Positions 8,313-17,088 of a stretch of DNA of 21,749 nt are shown in pieces. Within the stretch, counting starts at the first letter, position 1, and each line of letters begins with the position of its first letter. This DNA is from Chiloscyllium plagiosum (taxonomy: Eukaryota), in assembly GCF_004010195.1 (NCBI RefSeq), contig NC_057718.1, forward strand, positions 76,119,843-76,141,591, read 5' to 3'. The translations under genes and the position numbers were made by a program. Below the pieces are notes generated by a model. That model saw only the letters and a program-made list of their open reading frames with translations, was not told the DNA's origin and did no database searches.

Positions 8313-9065
8313 ATGAATGGCTCGGCATGTTTCCCTTCTGCTATGGAAATGAAAGCTGAGAAAGAATTAAAATGTTTTCCACTCTCACTTGCAAAATAAT
8401 GAAACAGCTTTAACGAATTATTTAAAAAGCCTGAGCAAATACATGTAGGAACCAAGCAATTAGGGCTGGGAAAAGAGATCTACAAGCTGTATTGCTGTGT
8501 AGATCTCATTGAAGAGTAGAAAAAACCGAACAGGAACAATCTTAAAGGCTGTGAAGACACACTTTGAACCCCATATTAATGTTACTTATCAATGAGGTAT
8601 GTTCAACATCAGAGTTTGAGGAAAGGGAGACCATTGATCAGTACGCAACCACACGGCTACATTTTGTTGAATTCTGTGAATTTGGATCGGTGAAAGGTGA
8701 TCATATTGGTATTGGATTATAGGGATAAGAGGGATTCCCATGAGAGCACATTTGCTGGGAAAAGGTAAATTAACTCTCAAGAAAGCTATTAAAACATGCA
8801 GAAACTCTGAGATTGTCAAAGATTTGGGGCAGCATATTATTAGGAGAACAAGCATGATTTTCCATCACACTGAGAGATATTCTAGGCTGAATGATAAAAC
8901 GTTTGGAAGAAAAGAAGAAATATTTGCAGAAAAGCTATCATGAAGGTTAAGGCCAGAGGACATGATGCAGATTGTGGAGGATATCTCAGAAGAGAAAAGG
9001 AAAAATGTCCAGCAATGCAAGAAGCTAAAGCATTTAGTATGCAATTATTTAGTTAGCTAAAGAAA
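8313..9065 (+). pseudogene. gag: Gypsy gag remnant
   Basis: ILKAVKTHFEPHINVTY, ETIDQYATTRLHFVEFCEFG and MRAHLLGKGKLTLKKAIKTCRNSEI, plus a decayed zinc knuckle CGGYLRREKEKCPA near 8973-9015. Confidence 0.75.
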
Positions 9066-9374
9066 ATGGAAAGTAAGACTAATGATGGCTCCCAGGATAT
9101 GTCTTCTAGAAGCCTAATGAATAACTGTACTCCAGGCCCATCTAATAGCAACTCAGGAGATTCTATTCAGCCTGCAAAGCCTTGCTCAGGACACACACAG
9201 CAACAGATAAGGATGTAGATTTGAATATTACTTTTGAGCTGCTCAGCTTACTATCAGCTGTTTCGGCCACATTTGCTGCTGGTTTGGTCACCACTGTGCC
9301 CATCAACAGTAAATACAGGAGAGAGATAGCCTATGAGTAGCAAGTCTCTTTAGTTTCCATGAAGTGAGAGAGTT

Positions 9375-9622
9375 TGTGGTGTGTGTGTGTATGATTGTGT
9401 GTGTCTGTATATAGTGCAGTTGGGTCACCTGTAGTGTGACATGAACCCAAGGTCCCGGTTGAGGCCATCCCCATGGGTACCGAAATTTGCTATTAGCCTC
9501 TGTTCGGCCACTTTATGCTGTTGCCTGTCCCGAAGTCTGCCTTGGAGGATGGTCTCCTGAAGGTCTGAAGTTGAATGTCCCGAACCGGCTGAAGTGTTCT
9601 CCGACTGGGTGGGAACACTCCG
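9375..9622 (-). mobile_element. Penelope-like element fragment: GIY-YIG endonuclease C-terminus and CA-rich 3' tract
   Basis: GHSTSDLQETILQGRLRDRQQHKVAEQRLIANFGTHGDGLNRDLGFMSHYR* has the PLE-typical E...I...T..GLN ending. It is followed by a (TG)n-like tract at 9375-9410. Confidence 0.85.
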
Positions 9623-9627
9623 CACAA

Positions 9628-9915
9628 CAGCGAGAGAGAGTGTGAGAGGGAGAAGTTGGGAGGGAGGAAGAGAGAGTCAGTGTAAGGGAGGGAGGTGGAG
9701 AAAGTGCTTATGTGTGAGGGTAGGGAAGGAGAGAAGGTGAGAATGAGGAAGGAGAGATAATGGTTGAGGGGTGAGAGAAATTGGGGGACAGAGGTATTGT
9801 GTCTGTCAATAAGTGGGAAGGAGGTTATGGGAGTGTTTGTAGGAGGGAGGGATAGAGACAGAGACATAACAGAGGGAGACTGTTGAACCCTAAGACTGAG
9901 ATTGAGAGGAAATGC
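9628..9915. repeat. GA-rich low-complexity tract
   Basis: Degenerate (GA)n/(GGA)n purine-rich sequence. Confidence 0.7.
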
Positions 9916-10314
9916 AAACATCCTTTCTGAAATTTTGTCACTGCCACCAAGTGAGACAAAAATTGAAATGTGCCTCCCCACATATGTGGTAGTTGGACAA
10001 ACTGCTCTAAACCATAAAGCAGAGGCATCAGCAGGACCAATAGCAATAAATGGATTGTGATGGTTAGAACGAAGACTGCAGAGTGAAAGCATTCATTACA
10101 ATTACAACCCGAGGGTAGTGACTCAAGATGGTTACACGAAAATGAAGGTCTTGAAATTGAGGTTGAGTCGGTAAAGTGGAATAATTCTCATACCAAGAAT
10201 AATGAAGCTGAGATCCCAAACAAAGATCTGAAGTTTCAGATGGTAGATGTTAAACAAAATCCAATCATCTCAGCTAAAGCAAATCGAAAGATTGAAGTAG
10301 TAACCCTTACATAG

Positions 10315-10680
10315 TAAAATAATTTATTGTTCCATGTGTTTATGAAAATACAGTAAAACATGTGTAATTGCCATAATTAATCTGGCACCATTTTAAATTC
10401 ATAAATTATAAAAATAAATAATGTATACAAAGTTAAGACAAATTCCAATCACGGGATGCTGCCTTACTCCGCAGCTGCCAAAGCTGTTCCTGAGGCTCCA
10501 ACAGCAAGGAGGAATCATGCTGAAGCAGCCCTGCTGCAGCTGACTGGACCCAGAATGCTGTCTTGGGCAAACCACCCTCATCATTGCTGATACTCCAGCC
10601 ACCACCATAGCTAGGAGACTGTCCCAACACTCAATGACCAGGGCCCATTCTCAACTTCTAAGGATCAGTAGACTATCCAA
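10315..10680 (-). mobile_element. Non-autonomous retroposon-like insertion with a Rex1/Babar-like tail (left boundary better defined than right)
   Basis: It interrupts Gypsy pol between protease and RT. The minus strand ends AAAATGGTGCC...TTTTACTGTATTTTCATAAACACATGGAACAATAAA, resembling the TTTTCACTGTA...CATGTGACAATAAA tail type. Confidence 0.4.
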
Positions 10681-11020
10681 ATTAACTTCTGAGGAGCAAG
10701 GGATCATTCACTCTGCTCTTGTTGCAGAAGCAAATGTGCCCAAAGAGATTGGCAGCTTTTTGGAGCCACAAGGTGATTGGTTGTTGAACAAATCCTAGAA
10801 GATTACAAAGTTTTTTTTTATTGATGTTGCATGTCTTCCTAGTGAATATCATATTAGAGCTGTACAGCATCTGTAGAGAGTTCCAACTGCCCTCAAGTCC
10901 ATCCTCAAAGACAAGATAGAAGAGAAGGAAAAGAAAGTCACAACTCATACAATCTGTATATGTCTCATGAAGTCACCTGGAAACTGAGTGCATGCATAGA
11001 TCAAAAGAATCTTAAAAAAT

Positions 11021-11283
11021 GGCATGGTGGCTCAGTGGTTAATATTGCTACCTCACAGCGTTAAGGACCCAGGTTTGATTCTAGCCTTGGGTGATTGTCT
11101 GTGTGGAGTTAGCACATTCTCCCTGTGTCTGTGGGGTTTTGTACATGTGCTCTGGTTTTCTCCCACAGTCCAAAGATGTGCAGGTCAGGTGGATTCGTCA
11201 TGGGAAAAGCAAGGTTACAGGTATAGGGTGGGGGCATGGGTCTATGTGGAATGCTCTTCAGAGGGTCAGTGTGGACTTGATTG
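11021..11283 (+). mobile_element. HE1-type V-SINE, 3' tail truncated
   Basis: GGCATGGTGGCTCAGTGGTTAA A box, GGTTTGATTCT B box, and core TGTCTGTGTGGAGTTAGCACATTCTCCC...CTCCCACAGTCCAAAGATGTGCAGG. Confidence 0.9.
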
Positions 11284-11662
11284 TGCACACTTAAAGCTTT
11301 ATTTGAAATGACAGCATCAGTTATCTAACTATATTCTGGATACTATTCAAGAGATACAGATAATTTACATGTTCTTTGGGATTTCCAGTGCTCCAGAAAT
11401 GCATTGATGCAGCCAGTGTTGGCTAGTCCGTGATCTTCCCAGATTAGAAACAATTGTCAATGATCTGCTAGTCTATAACTATGGAGAAACAATGGACAAA
11501 ACATCACAGGCCGTGTATCAAAGACAGGAACACAAACTGAATGATGCTACATTCAAAGATTGAGAATGAGTATCTGGTTATTTTAATCAATACCTGTTTG
11601 GGAGAGACAAAATGACAATGGGGTTTGACCAGAAACTATATCAAAGTGCACTAAGCCTCCGA

Positions 11663-12028
11663 AGGGTAAGTGACAGCCTGGTGGCATTATCACTAGGCTA
11701 TTAATCCAGAGATGCAGATAATGTTCTAGGAACATGGGTTTGAATCCCACCAATGCAAATGGTGGAATTTGAATTCAATACTCATGTGGGAATAAGAGTA
11801 TAATAATGACCATGTATCTATTGTCGATTGTCAGGGTAAAAACCCACCCGATTAACTAATGTTCTTTAGGGAAAGTAATCTGCCCTCCTTACCTGGTCTG
11901 GCTCAGAGGTGACTCCAGACCCACAGCAATGTGGGTGATTCTGAACTGCCCTCTGGGCAATTAGGGATGGGCAATAAATGCTGGCCCAGCCAGGGATGCC
12001 CATATCCCATGGATGAATATAAAAAATA
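11663..12028 (+). mobile_element. tRNA-derived SINE (second family) with LINE-derived tail
   Basis: Degenerate A box (CAGCCTGGTGG) and B box (GGTTTGAATCCC). The tail is GGGCAATTAGGGATGGGCAATAAATGCTGGCC...CCCATGGATGAATATAAAAAA. It interrupts the Gypsy RNase H. Confidence 0.85.
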
Positions 12029-12139
12029 TCTTTTTCTATCTTCTGAAGAGAATGTTTATTTTCAAAGATATCATCTGGGTGTGATCTACACACAAGGGAA
12101 ATAGTTATGTGTTGCCAACATGCTGCCAAGAGCAGAACT

Positions 12140-12521
12140 TAAGAGTTATACAGTACAGAAACAAACCCTTCAGTCCAACTAGTCCATGCCAACCATAATT
12201 TCAAATTAAATTAGTCCTACCAGTCTGCATTTGGCCCATATCCCTCCAAACATTTCTTATCCATGAACTCATCCAAACATCTTTTAAATGTAACTGTACC
12301 CTTATCCCTTGGAAGTTCATACACACATGAACCACTCTCTGTGTAAAATATTTGTCCGCCATGTCGTTTTTAAATCTTTCTCCTCTCAGTTTAAAAATAT
12401 GCCCCCTAGTCTTGAAATCCCCAACCCTATGGAAAAGACACCTACTATTCACCTTATCTACATCCCTCATGATTTTATAAATCTCTATAAGGTCACCTCT
12501 TAACCCCAGATACTCCAGTGA
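12140..12521 (-). mobile_element. CR1/HER1-type LINE 3' fragment
   Basis: SLEYLGLRGDLIEIYKIMRDVDKV...KTRGHIFKLRGERFK...FTQRVV (CR1 ORF2 C-terminus) plus a 3'UTR homologous to 4268. Confidence 0.9.
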
Positions 12522-14069
12522 GCATAACATTCTATGAAAAACATTGAAAATAATAAGGCAAATTGTGAAATTGTCCAGATTCAACAAGATGCACAGCTTA
12601 ACATGTTCTGCAAGCCATCCACCTAGCAGAGACAATAAATTTGTAAAGCAAGTGAGTTGCTCAAATAAAATGAATTTTGCAAGTGCAAATCTCCAACCGC
12701 TGTGGAGAGTTGTGAAGAAAGGATGAGCTGAAGGCACCTGGGTTACACCTGTTGGTATAAAAATAAATTGTTGTTTAAAGATGTGAACAAAGGAAATTGA
12801 GTCATTATCATTAAGGAGATGAGCAAAGAGACAGTAAGGCATTACTGTGCAAGCCACCAACGAATTCAGTTTAGTCGGAGAGAGACAAGAGAACTGATTA
12901 CCACACAAATAAAAGCAATGAAATGTCAGAGCACAACAGCCAGTGCAGTATTTGTAATTAAGCAAAATTGAGAGCAGCTAACAGCACATGACATCCCAAA
13001 CAAAGCGAAAGGTGAATCTGAGAGTTGATCTCTTCACGCTTGCAGGATATGACTATCTTGTCACCATCAACTACTGGGACTCAAATCACCTGATGTCAAT
13101 AACTATCAATAAGATTAGAGAATATTTGACTGCACACTTCAGCTACTAAGGCCTTCCAGGCATTGTCTTCCAGGACAATGTCCCTCAGTTCATAGGTGGA
13201 GAATTCAGACCCTTGGTTTCTTCAGTATCAGACATCTTCTCCACACTATCCCCAGTCAAATGGAAAGACTAAACAGCAATGAAAATTGCTAAAGGGATCA
13301 TAAGAAATTGATTAAATCCAGCACAGACTGGTATCAGAGCATCCTTGTGTGGAGCAGTGCAGCTTCTGAAGACATAGAGAGTAGCTCAGTACAAAGACTA
13401 CATCAGAAAGCACCCAAACTACTCTTCCAATAGTGAAAGCATTCTGAAGCCAGCCGTGGTGAAAGGCATTTTGTGTGACAAAAGTCAAGGTAAATTCACA
13501 GAATAGTAAATTTCACTTTGATAAAACTGCCGAGTCATTGCTAGAGCTGAGCATTGGTGAATCAGGTAAAATTGTTCAATCAGTGCTGGAAGCAAGAGTT
13601 AGTCCATGTCAGTAACTGGGGAACTATGATGAGCAGTTGTCATCTTATATCTAGGTAGTGAATAACCAGATATATCACACAACTGCAGACATCTACACGT
13701 AGCCAGAAAGGCTGTGCCTTCGCTGCAGGCAGCTGATGAAAAAGACATGTCTTCACCAACTGCACAGAATACAAAACAATGAGCAGTCTCAGAGGTTCAC
13801 CCTTCCCCAGCAATGGAAATGGATCAGCAACAACAACTATCATGGGAATGTGACTCCCAAGAGAAGCAACATCGCCCTATGAATGAATAGATACCAGATG
13901 AGCAGTCAACAACAACGTACAAAAGTGCCATTAGATGACCTGCATGGTTTAAAGACTATGTACGTAATGCATGTGCAGAGACAAATGAAAGTGGAACACA
14001 CATGGGATAAAGGTTTGTAATATGTTTTATTTGAGAGACTGGATTCTAAAGTGGAAATGCAATGTACAT

Positions 14070-14279
14070 AAAAGTAAAACTACCACAATCTTGCCAGACT
14101 ATAGTGCTATTTTTTTCTTTAGAGAGAGATAACTAGTGGCTGTTTAACCTCAGGGTCAATACACCTCAGATGAGGGGAGAAGGAGATTCCTTCATTGTAA
14201 CCTCAGCTGGTACAGGAATTGAACCCACACCATTGGCATCACAAACTTGCTGTCCAGCTGACTGCGCTACCCAACAACC
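14070..14279 (-). mobile_element. tRNA-derived SINE (third family) with an RTE-like tail
   Basis: The minus strand has A box TAGCGCAGTCAGCTGG and B box GGTTCAATTCC, and ends ...GATTGTGGTAGTTTTACTTT. Confidence 0.7.
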
Positions 14280-15061
14280 TGCAGATCTCTAAATTGAAAT
14301 TATACTTTAATGTGTTCAGAAGAGGGAGACTTTTTTTAGACTTATTCTATGAGTGGTGATAGGTGTTGGAGATTTGTTTTGTTTACATAACTTGAATGAG
14401 GTCTTTAAAACCTTGAGGTGAATATTTAGTGCATTACAAAAAAAGAGTAGAAGAAAGAAAAATCATCTGTGCCTAATGTCAGAGTCTAGTCACACAAGAA
14501 ATCAGAATAATCCAGAAGAGGTTAAGCAGTGTGCATGTTCATTTAAGGAGAAAAGGTCTTAAACTGTAGAACTTCTGTTATTTTTGCAGTGTCCAAAATA
14601 ATAAGGGCAGAAGGGGTATCTCTTCATTTCTTGAGTTGCTTAGAGGAAACTCCAGAAGCAGAAAGCTGTGGAGGTGTCTGAGAAGAAAGACATCCTACAA
14701 GGCTGTTGAAAACATAGGTTTAACGGTATGTCAATTGAGTTAGCCATTTGTTTAAGGGTGTTAGGAAGAGTCATTAACTAAATAAAATACCATCAAGTGA
14801 ATGCAGACATTTGCTGAGAGGGAACTGATTAAAGTCTTGCCAGTTGAACAATGACCTTTAACATGGAGACAGGGTTAATCGGGGTTCACTGAGATTTGAG
14901 TGTCTGGAAGATTATTGTTGGGGTATGAAGACTGAATCTTTCCTTCTGATACTAGTGATAATGCTATTTCAAATAGTTCTTACATAATGTAATGTAGTTT
15001 ATATTCTAATGTCTAATAAGCTTTTATGTTCTTTTGTTAAAAATACATCGGGAGGAGGATT

Positions 15062-15070
15062 CAAGATGGC
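15062..15070 (+). promoter_or_regulatory. YY1-like motif at the L1 5' end (internal promoter)
   Basis: CAAGATGGC lies 12 nt inside the inferred 5' end, the same motif and position as in mammalian L1 5'UTRs. Confidence 0.5.
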
Positions 15071-15225
15071 AATGACTCAGTAAGTGTGCGTTTGCTGAGC
15101 TCTGCCCAGAACCCAGACAAAGTGGGTCACCTACCCTCTCTTCACCTCTTAAAGTGTTAAAAATATTTTTTTCCTGGCTACTAGAATTACTTTGCACCAG
15201 ACATGAGCAGTTTGATGCATTTTAA

Positions 15226-15520
15226 CATAGAGTCATAGAGATGTACAGCATGGAACCAGACCCTTCGGTCCAACCCGTCCATGCTGACCAGTTATCTCAA
15301 CCCAATCTAGTCCCACCTGCCAGTACCTGGCCCATATCCCTCCAAACCTTTCCTATTCATATACCCATCCAAATGCCTCTTAAATGTTGCAATTGTACCA
15401 GCCTCCACCACTTCCTCTGGCAGCTCATTCCTTACCCGTACCATCCTCTGTGTGAGAAAGTTGCCCCTTAGGTCTCTTTTATATCTTTCCCCTTTCATCT
15501 TAAATCTATGCCCTCTAGTT
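15226..15520 (-). mobile_element. Young CR1/HER1-type 3' fragment inside the L1 5'UTR
   Basis: KGERYKRDLRGNFLTQRMVRVRNELPEEVVEAGTIATFKRHLDGYMNRKGLEGYGPGTGRWD* followed by a (TCTATGAC)n tail. Confidence 0.92.
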
Positions 15521-15703
15521 GGAGCTGGATTCTGTGTAATCCAAGATGGAGGACGGGAAAAATTTCTGGCTGTAACAGCTGCTCCTTTTTTGAGGTATTT
15601 TAGGTGCTGGAGGTGATTTCCTCGAATTCCAGGAGCAGGAATTACTGTTTCAGATGCTGTTTTATTGTTTTGGAACTTTGGAAAAAAAAGTCAAAACAAC
15701 AAC

Positions 15704-16592
15704 ATGAGTAAAGGAAAAGGACCACGGAGCTCACAACGGGCAGGGACCCCCCTGGCAGTAACAGATGCACCTGTGGTCACAGCATCAGCCTCCGCGGCTG
15801 CCCCGGGGGAACTTACCTGCAGAGAAGAGCTTGGTCTCGGAGTTTGTAAAACTCCGAGAGAGGATCGACACATCGATGGAGGAGACCTGTGCCAGGTGGG
15901 AATCAATGTCGGAGACCTGGGCCAGGTGGAAATTGATGTCGGTAATGCTGCTGAGGCATGACCTGGAGATACAGAGTCTCGGGCAGCGTGTTGGAGGGGG
16001 CGGAGCAACGGGCCATGGCTTCCGAGACCATGACCGAATCTTCTGTGAGCCAGGTTCAGGTCCTGGAATGCCGAGTGCGGGCCTTGGCGGAGCAGGTCAA
16101 TGACCTCGAAAATCGAGGTTTTTGGAAGAATATCCAGTTGCTGGGACTTCCTGAGCGGGAGGAAAAAGGCCAGCTCGTCAGCTTTTTGGAGTAATGGCTC
16201 CCATAGTTTCTGAGGCTGGAATCTGAGGTAGGCCGGGTGCGGGTCGAGCAGACCCACCAGGCCGCAGTGTGCAAGCCCTGATCGGCTCAGTGCCCCTGCC
16301 CAGTCCTAGTGCGACTCCAGCATTATAGAGACAAACAAATGATGCTAGAGCACTGGGGAAAAATCCCCAAGCTATGGTGTACAAGAAATCAAGAATTATG
16401 CTTTCTCAGGACTTTTCTCTAGTCATGTTTTGCAAGAGGAAGGCCTTTGATGAGGTAAAGAAGCGTCTGAGGGACCTGAATATTCAGTACTCCATGAGAT
16501 ACCCAGCAATATTGCGTTTCAGCCACGGAGGGTCTGTGTTTAACTTTGGTTCGCCAGAAAAGGTAAAGGACTTCTTGGATGCTTTAAAATGG
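15704..16592 (+). pseudogene. ORF1: L1 ORF1p (frameshifted, internal stops)
   Basis: MSKGKGPRSS..., coiled coil VRALAEQVNDLENRGFWKNIQLLGLPE (DLENRSRRNN.RI.G.PE-type motif), and CTD QDFS...KRKAFDEVKKRLRDLNIQYSMRYPAILR...FGSPEKVKDFL. The probable original stop is now TGG at 16590. Confidence 0.88.
15881..15940 (+). repeat. 30-bp tandem duplication in L1 ORF1
   Basis: GGAGACCTGTGCCAGGTGGGAATCAATGTC / GGAGACCTGGGCCAGGTGGAAATTGATGTC (26/30 identical). Confidence 0.9.
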
Positions 16593-17088
16593 ACTGATTG
16601 GTCTGAATTATATGGACAATTATTTTATTCTGCCCCGTTTTTCCCCCCTTTCTTTCTTCTTTTTGTTTTTGTGTGTAACTTGCTTAGTTTACCTGGTTGT
16701 TGGGGGGTGATTTTGGTTTTCCTTTCAATATATGTCGGGATTATAATTTCATATAATTTTTTTATGTTGTTGTTCTGCCTGAAGTGCCTAGGGTTGCAGT
16801 ATGGAAGGGGTGGGTTGGGTGCCCACTTTTAACTTGCTTATCATATGATATTGGTATTTGTTTTTCTTACCTTGTGGTGTCTGGGCGGGGACATAGCTCC
16901 AGCTAGAAGGATTCATGGTGGGATTATTGGGTGGTAGGGGTGCCCCCTGTGGACAAGGGGAAAAGTCTCCTTTTAGTTATGCTTTATGATGTTATTTTTT
17001 GGAAGTAGTTGTTAGTAGTTTTGATTTAGTAGTTTTAAAAGTTGTGTTTTAAATCGGCGGTGATGGTCTCGGACTGTTTCGGACGATC

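Larger units (their letters stand above)
8300..13970 (+). mobile_element. Decayed Ty3/Gypsy LTR retrotransposon internal region (gag-PR-RT-RNaseH-IN) with many later insertions
   Basis: Domain remnants lie in Gypsy order on one strand (see the gag and pol features). The integrase is downstream of RNase H. Confidence 0.85.
10030..13970 (+). pseudogene. pol: Gypsy pol remnant (fragmented)
   Basis: Protease end DLKFQMVDVKQNPIISAK (about 10225); EQILEDYK (about 10786); RT KLSACIDQKNL (about 10982), FGISSAPE (about 11375) and IVNDLLVY (a decayed DD motif, about 11453); RNase H FNQYLFGRDK (about 11582) and QRYHLGVIYTQGK (about 12063); integrase VDLFTLAGYDYLVTINY, FQDNVPQF and TSSPHYPQSNGK (13024-13267); terminal PAWFKDYV (about 13940-13963). 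Confidence 0.85.

Noticed and set aside
9493..10092. 199-aa minus-strand ORF
   Set aside because: It is a Ser/Leu/Pro-rich read-through of the GA low-complexity tract with no domain motifs.
11021..11095. tRNA gene (also at 565-637, 7595-7668, 11663-11755, 14205-14279)
   Set aside because: These are degenerate tRNA-like heads followed by SINE bodies, with no clean cloverleaf.
12201..12965. 254-aa minus-strand ORF as a host gene
   Set aside because: It is a chance fusion of antisense Gypsy sequence with the CR1 ORF2 C-terminus.
15691..16257. 188-aa antisense ORF as an ORF0-like gene
   Set aside because: It is the antisense shadow of GC-rich ORF1 in a frameshifted copy, with no independent support.
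16593..16832. Hydrophobic transmembrane-like extension of ORF1
   Set aside because: It is best explained by loss of the ORF1 stop (TGG at 16590) and read-through into the T-rich spacer.
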